NCBI GenBank assembly: GCA_963662285.2
Contig: CAXXMV010000001.1
Coordinates: forward strand, 224,001 to 288,000
Length of the DNA: 64,000 bases
Source: a bacterium
GTDB lineage: Bacteria > Hinthialibacterota > Hinthialibacteria > Hinthialibacterales > Hinthialibacteraceae
Direction of reading: 5' to 3'
Positions 49,711 through 59,184 of the stretch are shown here, piece after piece (the first letter of the stretch is position 1; each line of letters begins with the position of its first letter). The translations under genes and the position numbers were made by a program. The notes beneath the pieces were generated by a model. The model was not told the DNA's origin, did not search any database, and saw only the letters and a list, made by a program, of their open reading frames with translations.

Positions 49711-51009
49711 TTATAACCATAATAAAATATCCTCATCGGAATATTGACTTTTCCTTTCTTTAAAAATTGGTTTTTCGATTAATTCATTTCGAGACTTAAC
49801 TTCACTAAAACGAGGAAGAAACCATTTGATATAGTAGGAATAATTAATTTCAGGATTAAGGATCTTAATAGAAGCCTTTGTTACTTTACCTTCTTTATCT
49901 TCTTCAAAGTCTAAAGGAGCATATCTTTTTTCAATTTTTTCTCTTTCATCTGGTAATAGTTGTCTATTCTTTTTAACATTAAATTCAGGATTTAGCATAA
50001 AATAACCATCCATGCATTCGATACTTAGCTCAACTAAATCAGTCTTGTTCACAATTTTAATATTTGTCATTTCATATGGATCTGTATAATTAAGATAAAA
50101 AGGTGGTTTGTTAGAACGGTCACGTGACTTATTGATCCTTGCTATATCATCGAAAAAATCGCTATAAAGGAAAAATAATTTTTCACATGATTCTTCAAGC
50201 TTAATCGTTAATGGACTGTCATCCCTTGTTAATGGTTGATCGAGTTTAAAGGCATATTTGACTAAATCTGGACCGTTGATAACATTTTTAATCTCAACTT
50301 TTTGTATTTTTGCATGTGGAAGAAAAGAAAAGTTATTTAATTGCAAGTTATAAAAACATGAAGGTCGTTGATCGCCTCTTCCTGTGAACAACTTATCAAA
50401 AGCATTTAAAGGTTCAGTATCTGTATAAATAACATATTTTCTAAAAATCTTCACTGAGCCATCTGGATATATTTTCCATAGATAAGAAATACATGAAAAA
50501 CAGCCGTGCGCGTTCCCGTAAGCAATACTCGATTCCGGTATTATATCTTTACCAATTATACCAATTTCTTTAACACACTCTTCAAGGATATATCTTCCAT
50601 TTTTATTCTTTTTAGTATTTATAAAACGTACATTGAAGGGTCGTTGATATTTAGTATCTAAATCTATTGTTATTTTTTCAACTTTATTTATATATGTATA
50701 AATTCGATTAAATTTTGAATTATTTCGGCTAAGATTAGTATCATAAATTTTCCATATATCATTATCTAAATTATCTAATTCCAAATCACTGATGTCAGGA
50801 TTTTTGGATTTGTATAATTCTTTCACCTTTTCTGTTTTGCATTGGGTTATTAACCAATTTATGAAATTATCCCATGTAATATTTCCTTTCTTTTCAAAAA
50901 TTTCTACAGAAAAATCTAATAGCATCAATTCTAAGAAATCTAATTTTTTTATAAAGCCAGAAGATTCCAATATTAATTTTGCATCAAAAGTGCTCGACTT
51001 GTTATTCAT
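49711..51009 (-). CDS. hypothetical protein
   Basis: 432-aa AT-rich ORF; no recognised motif. Confidence 0.7.
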   Translation of the reverse strand: MNNKSSTFDAKLILESSGFIKKLDFLELMLLDFSVEIFEKKGNITWDNFINWLITQCKTEKVKELYKSKNPDISDLELDNLDNDIWKIYDTNLSRNNSKFNRIYTYINKVEKITIDLDTKYQRPFNVRFINTKKNKNGRYILEECVKEIGIIGKDIIPESSIAYGNAHGCFSCISYLWKIYPDGSVKIFRKYVIYTDTEPLNAFDKLFTGRGDQRPSCFYNLQLNNFSFLPHAKIQKVEIKNVINGPDLVKYAFKLDQPLTRDDSPLTIKLEESCEKLFFLYSDFFDDIARINKSRDRSNKPPFYLNYTDPYEMTNIKIVNKTDLVELSIECMDGYFMLNPEFNVKKNRQLLPDEREKIEKRYAPLDFEEDKEGKVTKASIKILNPEINYSYYIKWFLPRFSEVKSRNELIEKPIFKERKSQYSDEDILLWL

Positions 51010-51307
51010 AATTTATTATCTCCTATAAAACCCCGCTCCAATTATTCGACTGAACTTCCTTTGAACTTCACGTGAACTTAAAATTAATAATATCAATACG
51101 TTATATTGAAAAAAAACGAAAAGATGTTTCACTATAATACAACAGAAAACAAAAGAATGTACAGAGCACTAACGAAAAGGAAAAAAGGAAAATGAGAACT
51201 TTTAATAACTCCTCTCAAGACATAGAAAAATACACGGTTTTCATTCTAGCAACCACAGCAACAAGCATGATCGAAATCGAATTTTGGTTGGAACAGATAA
51301 ATTTTCT

Positions 51308-52698
51308 GCCTCTTCAAAAAAATCTGTGGGTGAAATTTGGTTCTGGTAAATCGCCAAGTGTATGATATAAGGCGATTTCCAGCGCTTTGTAGGTTCGAAA
51401 ACCGTACGCCATTTTGGTAGTCACTTTGGCCTTGTTGTTTAAGCCTTCCACCACTCCAGAAGAAAACTCCTTTTTCGCCCGAAACCAGTTCAAAATCAGT
51501 TCGCGATGGTTGCGCAGCATCTTGGCCACTTTCTTCATTGGTTCGATTCGCGAGCGCATGGTTTTAGTACACCACTGATCCATGAAGCGTCCAGCCCACC
51601 ATGCTGATTTATATTCCCAGAAAAATTGAAATTCCTCTTTGAGAAGATAACTTCTCACCGTGCGCAGATTATATCGAACCACGTTGGCTAATTTATCGAC
51701 CTGCTTGACTGTCAAATTATCCGGGCGTTTCAGAAACCACCAGCGACTTCCTTTTAATACCGGTTCTAATCCCTTGGCCTTCAATTCACGGGATTCTCCA
51801 GCGCGGACTTGATCTATGGCTTTGTTCATATGAGCCATGATGTGAAACCGATCCAATACATTCAGCGCGCTTTTGGCTTTTTTGCGAATGACTTTGAGAT
51901 AAGCTTTCCACATATCACTGCACACAAATTCCAATTTTTTTGAACGCTCTTCCCCGAACCATCTGAAGAATTTCAACAGTGTTTTGATCTTTCTTTTTTC
52001 CCCGATCCACAGCAGCCGTTTGCAATTCTCATTGATTTGATATACCACTGTCACATACTGATGGCCGCCGCCCCATTGCATTTCATCGATTCCAATGGCG
52101 GTGATTCCTTCCAGGTTCACATGCTGGCGGCCCCATTCTACCGCCCGTTCAACCGAATGAAAAACATTGTACCAACTTGTTTGAAATGCTTCCGCCACTT
52201 GGCTCCAACTCATCCGCTTGGCCCAGCTCGCCAAGAACCATTGATAGATATGCGTTAATTCATGTTTACCATCGGCCCAAGGTACCTTTTCAACTTTCAC
52301 TCCACAGCGGTGACAATTCACGCGGCGCATGGCATAGATCAGGAATACGGTTAATCCCCATATCGGGATAAACTCAAATCGGCGCGCATCTAATCTGTCA
52401 TAACCTGATCCTTTTTCTCCGCAGCATGAACATATCGGGCGGCTTTTGACATGAGCACGGACTTTTACCTCTATGGATGTTTTACCATTCCATTCACCAA
52501 ATTTGCTAGAAGCATATACATACCCCTTGATTTTATGAACACGATTGAGGATTCTAATGACATCCATCCGGTTTCCTCCTGGTTGATGATTTTTCGCTGA
52601 TTTCATTCTTTCAGGATAAGAGACCGGATGTCTTTTTTATACCTCTACTATTCGAAGTATTTTTGCTATCATTCACCCACAGATTTCTTTATAGAACC
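51308..52698 (-). mobile_element. ISL3-family insertion sequence, copy 2 (1391 bp)
   Basis: Appears identical to copy 1; 8-bp TSD AATTTTCT at 51300-51307 and 52699-52706. Confidence 0.95.
51314..52606 (-). CDS. ISL3 family transposase
   Basis: Protein identical to 14630..15922. Confidence 0.95.
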   Translation of the reverse strand: MKSAKNHQPGGNRMDVIRILNRVHKIKGYVYASSKFGEWNGKTSIEVKVRAHVKSRPICSCCGEKGSGYDRLDARRFEFIPIWGLTVFLIYAMRRVNCHRCGVKVEKVPWADGKHELTHIYQWFLASWAKRMSWSQVAEAFQTSWYNVFHSVERAVEWGRQHVNLEGITAIGIDEMQWGGGHQYVTVVYQINENCKRLLWIGEKRKIKTLLKFFRWFGEERSKKLEFVCSDMWKAYLKVIRKKAKSALNVLDRFHIMAHMNKAIDQVRAGESRELKAKGLEPVLKGSRWWFLKRPDNLTVKQVDKLANVVRYNLRTVRSYLLKEEFQFFWEYKSAWWAGRFMDQWCTKTMRSRIEPMKKVAKMLRNHRELILNWFRAKKEFSSGVVEGLNNKAKVTTKMAYGFRTYKALEIALYHTLGDLPEPNFTHRFF

Positions 52699-52771
52699 AA
52701 TTTTCTTATTCAAACCTTAACAAGAAAACAAAAAAGCATGAAATAAAAAAGACTGAAAAGGAGAAAAAGCG

Positions 52772-53134
52772 ATGACACATAAACAACTAATCAGCGAAAT
52801 GAACGACGTGATTGAGGCAATCATTTGGTTTATCACAGGCGGATTAATCGACGGTCGCGATTATGAGGGAGCAGTCACAAGTCTTTGTTTGAAATTTGCC
52901 TGTCTTAACGAAGCTTTCTGGCGCCGAAAAGTACGATTATTCAAGTTCATCCTTGAATGTGTTAATGAGATTGCAGAAAAAAAACAATTGAAAAATATAA
53001 ACAAAGAACAAGTTGTGTTATCGCTTTTCAAAAAAGAATTCAATCGCGATGCAGAAAATTTGCCATTGTGGGTGATAGACATTTATATTGGTAAATTAAT
53101 AAAAGAACAACAAAGGGAGAATAAAAATGGCTGA
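52772..53134 (+). CDS. hypothetical protein
   Basis: AAGGAG RBS; 120 aa. Confidence 0.65.
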   Translation: MTHKQLISEMNDVIEAIIWFITGGLIDGRDYEGAVTSLCLKFACLNEAFWRRKVRLFKFILECVNEIAEKKQLKNINKEQVVLSLFKKEFNRDAENLPLWVIDIYIGKLIKEQQRENKNG

Positions 53135-53867
53135 TTCAAACAACTTTAACTATTATAAATTAGGTAAAAAGGTCTTTGACGAAAGCGTGGATAAGATAGC
53201 CAATACGCTTCAGAAAAAGAACAATAACTACGTCGATGATGAAGAGAATAAAGAGTTAATTAAGATTCTATCAGAAAAGAATACGGAAGCCATTTTGGAA
53301 CTAATCAAAATGTCCGTTCCTCAATTAGAACTCGACGAGAAATACAAGACTGAAGAGGACCTGTGCCAATCTATTGAAAAATTATCTACAATTCTTGTAA
53401 AAACAATGTCTGGGAATTTCAATTCTTTAGCCAATATGAAAGAAAACGTTCAGAAAGCATCTAGAAAAGATATTTTTCCAACTTCACACAAATCTTTACA
53501 ACAGATGTTTGAAGAAGGGCACGAAATCAAGGATGAAAAAACAAGGATAAATATAGGTGAGACAGAAAATGAAAAACTAGAAATTGATGTGATGACGTGT
53601 GAAATTTCAAAACGACTCACGCTCCGAACGAAAAAAATCTTTCACCAACTAGTAGAGGAAATCAAAACAATGTCTAAGCGTGAATTCGAGGAATTCGTTA
53701 CTTCAAAAAATTCCTGCGGAAAAAACATTCTCTTAGATAAGGGAATCGTGACAGAAAAGTGGGTGGCAAATTACACTATGACGCAAATCAGAAGAACCGC
53801 CAAGGATTATCTTAATGGATTAGGTGGCATACGAATAATTGACGATAATCGTGGTGGTGATCGTTGA
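53127..53867 (+). CDS. hypothetical protein
   Basis: GGAG RBS; overlaps the previous ORF; 246 aa. Confidence 0.7.
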   Translation: MADSNNFNYYKLGKKVFDESVDKIANTLQKKNNNYVDDEENKELIKILSEKNTEAILELIKMSVPQLELDEKYKTEEDLCQSIEKLSTILVKTMSGNFNSLANMKENVQKASRKDIFPTSHKSLQQMFEEGHEIKDEKTRINIGETENEKLEIDVMTCEISKRLTLRTKKIFHQLVEEIKTMSKREFEEFVTSKNSCGKNILLDKGIVTEKWVANYTMTQIRRTAKDYLNGLGGIRIIDDNRGGDR

Positions 53868-53916
53868 ATAGAAAGGAAAAGAAAACACCAGAAAGAAAAA
53901 GAATTTATAAAACATG

Positions 53917-53938
53917 CATGACAAAACCATGACAAAAC
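53917..53938. repeat. tandem direct repeat CATGACAAAAC x2 (candidate integrase arm sites)
   Basis: Seen in sequence next to the att scar. Confidence 0.55.
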
Positions 53939-53940
53939 AA

Positions 53941-53974
53941 AAAGACTTACGAAAACTCAGTTTCGTAAGTCTTT
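53941..53974. terminator. hairpin/terminator downstream of the tRNA fragment
   Basis: AAAGACTTACGAAA-actcag-TTTCGTAAGTCTTT, 14-bp stem. Confidence 0.7.
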
Positions 53975-53984
53975 ATTTTTCAGT

Positions 53985-54029
53985 GAGCGGGAGACGGGGT
54001 TCGAACCCGCGACCCTCAGCTTGGGAAGC
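53985..54029 (-). mobile_element. att site: 3' half of tRNA-Gly(CCC), truncated at the anticodon arm
   Basis: Minus strand GCTTCCCAAGCTGAGGGTCGCGGGTTCGAACCCCGTCTCCCGCTC; T-arm and acceptor 3' strand present; D-arm and 5' strand absent. Confidence 0.85.
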
Positions 54030-54089
54030 GTAGGTATAGGATTTGCAAGTTGTTTTTTATGAGAAGGTTATATTTGGTGTAAATGGTGA

Positions 54090-54110
54090 AGTACACAAAA
54101 TAGTACACAA
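54090..54110. repeat. direct repeat AGTACACAA x2 (candidate integrase arm sites)
   Basis: 54090-54098 and 54102-54110. Confidence 0.55.
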
Positions 54111-54354
54111 TCGACCTTGAATGTGGTGAGTTTTTCTAATATGTGATCATCTATATATTGCAGTAAGGTATGGTTTTGTCAATCATTTTCTTCACTATTG
54201 AGAACTCGCACGACGTTCTCGGCTAATCTTAATTAAAAAAATCCGGGGATTCCCTAGTCTCGATTTCTTAACCAGACCCCCCGGCCTTTATATCGACCGG
54301 AGTCCCACTTAAGTGTTCGGTCGGCCTGTTGTGTTTTGAGGAATATAGTTTGGC

Positions 54355-54906
54355 CTATTTTAATACGTCCAAGTTCAGGGTGTTGCTGCGGGCGGCTTTA
54401 AGGACGCCTTGGACTCCGTACATTTCTTCCAATACTTTGAAATTCCTAAGGCCGTTTGCGTAGAGACCGCTGGTTCCTGTGGTTTCACGGTATTCTGCAT
54501 TGGGAGTGATATCGTGGAGTTCGCAGACTTTGCAGCATACCCATTCGGCGAAGCCTTCGCGGCGCTGCCAGTTTCCCCCGCAAAATCCTTCCATGAATTG
54601 CCAGGCGTGCGCGTATTCATGGGAAATGGTGGAAAATAGAGAATCGCGGCTCAGCCCTTTCTGCACGTAAATCACGATCCTGTTCCGTTCATCCAAGCAG
54701 GCTCCATTCGCGCGCATGCTCTTGCCGTGATCGCGTTGGCACATTTGATTGAGTTGTCGTGAGGAAACAACCTCGATGTCAACCGGTTTGGAAGGACGAA
54801 AAGAAAACAGTAAATCCAGATCGTCAACGATTGTATCCATTATTTCTTCGACGGTATGTTGAGCATAAGGGTGTCCTTCATAATCCACCCCGGAATGCAT
54901 GCGCAC
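54355..54906 (-). CDS. zincin-like HExxH protein (DA1-like); possibly a pseudogene starting at 55020 with an in-frame TGA at 54946-54948
   Basis: SHEYAHAW...EGFAEW; upstream in-frame TM segment separated by TGA. Confidence 0.65.
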   Translation of the reverse strand: MRMHSGVDYEGHPYAQHTVEEIMDTIVDDLDLLFSFRPSKPVDIEVVSSRQLNQMCQRDHGKSMRANGACLDERNRIVIYVQKGLSRDSLFSTISHEYAHAWQFMEGFCGGNWQRREGFAEWVCCKVCELHDITPNAEYRETTGTSGLYANGLRNFKVLEEMYGVQGVLKAARSNTLNLDVLK

Positions 54907-55045
54907 TGCGGCTCTGAACCGGGAAACACCGGTTGATATCCGCTGTCACTCATGTAGGAGCAATGGAATCAAAACCACGGCTCCCGCAATGCATACTCCA
55001 TGTATGAAGAAATCACTCATAGCATCAATTCCGGCAGAACCAGTT

Positions 55046-56020
55046 TCATTTTACCGGCCAGAACCTTCGGCTTTCGCTTACCAGCCCCGGCCCGGTTATT
55101 TTGTCTTTGTCCGGCATCCGGTTTTTACGGTTGGATGCGCGGCGCGGGAATATGCCTTTGGACTCCTCACGGTATTCTTGGATCGTCCTTGAACGGGCCA
55201 ACTCGAATGGTGAGAAGATATCTTTCTCACGAGGAGTGCGGGAGAACGCCAACCGAAAACCGATGTTGTTGTTCCTGTTGTCAGGATTGTTCCTGTTGCG
55301 ATTGGCCGAGCGGCAGTTCCTGGCGTTGTTGTTCCAGCTGCCGCCCCGTTTGACACGGTTCGAGCCTTCTCCCTTACCTGTAGGATCGTATTGATGTCCG
55401 CTTAGATAACTGTCATACCAATCCTGGCACCATTCCCAGACATTGCCGCTCATATCGAATAGCCCAAAGCCGTTCGGTTCCTTTGTCCCGATTTCGTGAG
55501 TCCGGCTACCGGAATTTCCAGAATACCAGGCATAGTCTCCGATTTGGCTGTAATTCGAATCTTCGTCCCAATAAAACGCCATAGTGGTTCCCATGCGGCA
55601 GGCGTATTCCCACTCCGACTCGGTTGGCAAACGGAACGTTCTATATCCCATCTCATTCAACTTCTGAATGAAGGTCTGAGAATCATTCCAGGATACTTGT
55701 TCGATGGATTGGCTGTCACCACTGAAATAGGATGGTTTATTCCTCTTAACCGCATATCATTGACTCTGAGTGACCTCATATATTCCGATATAGAAATCGT
55801 TGGTCAAAGTAACATCATGCTGTGTTTCATCCGAGCCCCGGTTCTTCTCTGTACTTGGCGATCCCATGATGAATGTTCCTGCCGGAATTTTGACCATAAC
55901 CAATTCTTTCGCTCTCTCGGGGAGATCGAGGGGGACGGTGTAGATTTCGTCAGTGAAATTTGAATTGTTTGGTGTGAGAGTGACAACGGGAATTGGAGTA
56001 ACCGTCTGTGTGGGTGTAGG
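55046..56020 (-). pseudogene. FGE-sulfatase/CLec-domain gene with a nonsense codon, ending in a DGR TR-like segment
   Basis: IPAGTFIMGS, EVTQSQ*(TGA 55757-55759), RLPTESEWEYACR, DMSGNVWEW, RGGSW...GFR. Confidence 0.85.
55238..55366 (-). repeat. DGR template-repeat-like sequence
   Basis: 11 AAC and 2 AAT codons in about 43 codons (NNNARNCRSANRNRNNPDNRNNNIGFR). Confidence 0.75.
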
Positions 56021-56544
56021 CTATACATTACCGCCTGAAATGTCTTCTTATGAGAATGGAATGTTATCCGGACCGCTCTCCAGTGCTTCCAGGTTATCCA
56101 AATAGACCGTCAGCGGATCAGTTTCGCTGGTATTGATTATATGCACGATGCCCTGGAATCCAGTAGAGGGGGGCAAGAAGAAATCGGCGATGCGGTCATA
56201 ACGGCTTACGAAATCTGATGGATTTTTGGGGGTGATAGTCAGACATAAGCATATCTACAGAAGCGAGATAAAGTGATGCGTGCAGGGCGCTCAGTCGGAC
56301 CAAGCAGCGTAAGAGGGCGCATGTAAATAGTATTGGTTAAGATCATTGCTACTTGCTCCTGTAGAAGCAGTGATAATCATCCCACGGCCATCAGTTGCAC
56401 TATCAAATGCGCTATCTGTTGGGATACCGCCGAACGAAACATCCGTCATAGGATAATCACCGAAACCGGTACTGTTGTTTTCACGCTGACTAGAGCGTAT
56501 CTGGGATTTTAGTGCATAGGTCAGGAATTTTTTTAATGATACGA

Positions 56545-58029
56545 TCACCGTGCTTTGGCTACACGTTCAACTTGTTCGAGATATTTTTGAATATTGTCCC
56601 GGGGTTGAATTAACTGCGCGCGGCGGAGGAGCGGTAACGCTTCGGCATATTTTCCTTGTCCAACCAATAACTGCGCGTGCCGGACTTTCGCATCGGCTTC
56701 ATATTTCTCGATATTAGCGGCACGTTCGAAATAGAACACGGCTTTTTCCATATCCCCGGTACGGCTGCTGTGCTGTCCCAGCAAGATGAGCGCTTCACCG
56801 TCCAGAGGATCCAGTTCTACAATTTCTTCGAGAACACGGACTTCTTCATCGCCAGAACCATCCGCGACAACAAGACGGGCTTGCAATTTCAACAGGTCTT
56901 TACGGGCATTGGTTTCAAGTTTGTCACTATAAACTTTCTGAATGTGTTCGATCAGTTTCCGGGTTTCTTTCAGAGCGCCCCGGGCAATTAGGATTTTGGC
57001 CGAGCGGACTGCCCGGTCCGGACTTACATCGGGATTGAGATCCATCACGCGGATATAGGTTTGTACCGCCATTTCGTAGAGTTCTTCGTTGATATATATG
57101 TCTCCCAGCATGTTCAGGCTGTCGGCTGTCGATTTTCCAAGTTGATCGATAATCTCGTAGTTCTCAGCGGCATCGAGAGGTTTCTTCAATCCGATATATG
57201 CATTGGCCTGTAACAGCCAAAGATCCGCCCGGTCCGGATTGCTTTCTAGCAATCGATCGCAGAGGGCGGCCGCTTCCGAATACCGGCCCTGTTTAAAGAA
57301 ACTTCGCACAAGCCCCATTTTCCAATCCATCGTAACGGGATCGAGCAAAATAGCCATCCGGTAAGCGGATTCGGCAGCCAGGAAATTTTGTACCGAGGAA
57401 TAGGCATAGCCCAATAATCCATACGTCACCGCATCGTTTCCCCCCAGTTCGATAACGCGGGTCAAGGCGGGAATCGACTCTTCAAACTCACCCTGGCGGA
57501 TATGGATCAATCCCAGGTTTTTGCATGCGCGGCGGAATTTCGGAAACTTTGTTAACGCGGTTTTGTAAACTTCCGCCGCTTCTTTGAGTTTGTCCTGTTG
57601 AAAATAGATGTTCGCCAGAGTGAAGTCAAACACCGCGCTGGCGGCCTCATTACGGGATTTTACCAGCAGGGCGGCGGCTTCATCCATTTTATCTGACGAA
57701 ATCAAATCCAGAACTTTTTGCATTTGTTCGCGTTCGTCAACTGTTATTCTTGGTTCGATCTCTGTTTCGGCGATGTAACTTTCCGCAAACCGTTTTTGAA
57801 AACCCGGATCGTTCCATATCTTTAACTCCGCATCCGTTAAACGCACTTGGTTGGCTGAAACAGGAATTGCCGAATCCGGAGTATCTGCCGTGAAACCGGG
57901 AATGGAAGAATATAGCACAATCAAGAACAACGGAACTGAAATAAAATTGGTTGCTTTGAACGCAGTAAAATGTCTCATAGTGAAGTACCATTCATTGAAT
58001 TTAGCGATAGTAGAATCTGGGCGTTTCAC
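56545..58029 (-). CDS. tetratricopeptide repeat protein (TtpD-like)
   Basis: Multiple TPR motifs; last gene of the TonB operon. Confidence 0.9.
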   Translation of the reverse strand: MKRPDSTIAKFNEWYFTMRHFTAFKATNFISVPLFLIVLYSSIPGFTADTPDSAIPVSANQVRLTDAELKIWNDPGFQKRFAESYIAETEIEPRITVDEREQMQKVLDLISSDKMDEAAALLVKSRNEAASAVFDFTLANIYFQQDKLKEAAEVYKTALTKFPKFRRACKNLGLIHIRQGEFEESIPALTRVIELGGNDAVTYGLLGYAYSSVQNFLAAESAYRMAILLDPVTMDWKMGLVRSFFKQGRYSEAAALCDRLLESNPDRADLWLLQANAYIGLKKPLDAAENYEIIDQLGKSTADSLNMLGDIYINEELYEMAVQTYIRVMDLNPDVSPDRAVRSAKILIARGALKETRKLIEHIQKVYSDKLETNARKDLLKLQARLVVADGSGDEEVRVLEEIVELDPLDGEALILLGQHSSRTGDMEKAVFYFERAANIEKYEADAKVRHAQLLVGQGKYAEALPLLRRAQLIQPRDNIQKYLEQVERVAKAR

Positions 58030-58062
58030 CCGCTAAATAGAGATATAAATTCTCTTTATTTC

Positions 58063-58734
58063 TTATCCTTTAGGGAAAGTGATGGGGACTCGCATGCGGA
58101 AACGCACCGGTTGTCCGTTCTTTTTACCCGGTTCGAATTTCCAGGCTTTCACGGCGTTCAGCGCGGGCCGTTCAAAAACCGGATCGGTTGTATTTTGCAC
58201 TTTTGGATTTTCCACCCGGCCATTCTGGTTTACAATGAAAACAACGTACACTTTTCCCGGCGCTTTTTTTCTGATTTCATTTGTAAATACCGGACTGGCT
58301 TGATAAATCACCCGTGGTTTCTGATCGAGATCAGCAATCGAAAACAAATCATCAACATCTTTAGTGCCCGATACAGCGGTGTTCAGTTGCACGGTGAAAT
58401 CACCGCCCATCCAGCCATCGCTCACACTTGGATTCAGCGCCAGTTCAAGTTGCGAAAGATCGAGCGGAGGCGCGTCCTCCATCAACTGGGGCGGTTCTTC
58501 TTCCGGTTCGGGCTCTTCCTCCGGTTCCGGCTCGGGAGGCGTATCCGGCGCGTCCAGTTTGGCCGTATCCATTGTTTGTACAATCAGATCGGCGGTTGGC
58601 GGCTTGGTCAGAGTCTGCATGAGCGGCAAGACCAGAAAAAAGAGCAGTGTTAATCCAATTGCACCGGTAATCACCGCCAAACGATGGAACAGCTCTTTAA
58701 TCAACCTAAACGAGGTATGTTTCTTATGTATCAT
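58063..58734 (-). CDS. tonB: energy transducer TonB
   Basis: TM anchor, EP-rich linker, C-terminal WKFEPG. Confidence 0.92.
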   Translation of the reverse strand: MIHKKHTSFRLIKELFHRLAVITGAIGLTLLFFLVLPLMQTLTKPPTADLIVQTMDTAKLDAPDTPPEPEPEEEPEPEEEPPQLMEDAPPLDLSQLELALNPSVSDGWMGGDFTVQLNTAVSGTKDVDDLFSIADLDQKPRVIYQASPVFTNEIRKKAPGKVYVVFIVNQNGRVENPKVQNTTDPVFERPALNAVKAWKFEPGKKNGQPVRFRMRVPITFPKG

Positions 58735-58752
58735 AATAGAGGAGATGGAATT

Positions 58753-59160
58753 TTATGTTTTTCTTGTTGCCACACTCACTTTAAGAGCACCACCGAGTTT
58801 GGCTTCGTCAATAATACGAACCAGGATACCAGACAGCGCATTTGTATCGGCCTGCACGATGACGGGAATATCTTCTTTTTGAAGCATGCGTTTCACGAGT
58901 GGCTGCACACCGCTTACACCAATTTCCCGTCCGCCGTAAACAACCTCGCCTTTTTCGGTAATCGCGATAAGAATGCTATTTTTTTCGAGTTGGACCGATG
59001 AAGCCGCCTGAGGTTTATCCACTTCAACACCGGTATTCTTAACGAATGTGGTTGTTACGATAAAGAAAATGAGAAGAATAAACACACAGTCCATCAGAGG
59101 AGAAATGTCGATTCCCGCCTCATTGCCGCTATCGGAGGTTAAGTCTTTAAAACGTCCCAT
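58753..59160 (-). CDS. exbD: biopolymer transporter ExbD
   Basis: IDISPLMDCVFILLIFFIVTT. Confidence 0.95.
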   Translation of the reverse strand: MGRFKDLTSDSGNEAGIDISPLMDCVFILLIFFIVTTTFVKNTGVEVDKPQAASSVQLEKNSILIAITEKGEVVYGGREIGVSGVQPLVKRMLQKEDIPVIVQADTNALSGILVRIIDEAKLGGALKVSVATRKT

Positions 59161-59184
59161 GATTTATTGCCATCCTTTGAATGA

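Larger units (their letters stand above)
51192..52746 (+). pseudogene. putative 51-aa ORF interrupted by ISL3 copy 2
   Basis: Rejoining flanks gives MRTFNN...EQINF-LIQTLTRKQKSMK*; purine-rich RBS. Confidence 0.4.

Noticed and set aside
14624-52698. Composite transposon formed by the two ISL3 copies
   Set aside because: Each copy has its own distinct TSD; the outer flanks do not match
4623-53867. Prophage
   Set aside because: No terminase, portal, capsid, tail or lysis genes recognised
53985-54060. Intact tRNA-Gly gene
   Set aside because: D-arm, 5' acceptor strand and most of the 5' anticodon stem are missing
55046-55660. Active DGR in this window
   Set aside because: No reverse transcriptase, avd or separate VR copy; the target gene is broken
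54946-55759. TGA recoded as Trp or Gly (alternative genetic code)
   Set aside because: TGA serves as a normal stop in dndC, dndE, the ISL3 transposase and the TPR gene, and long ORFs are intact under code 11
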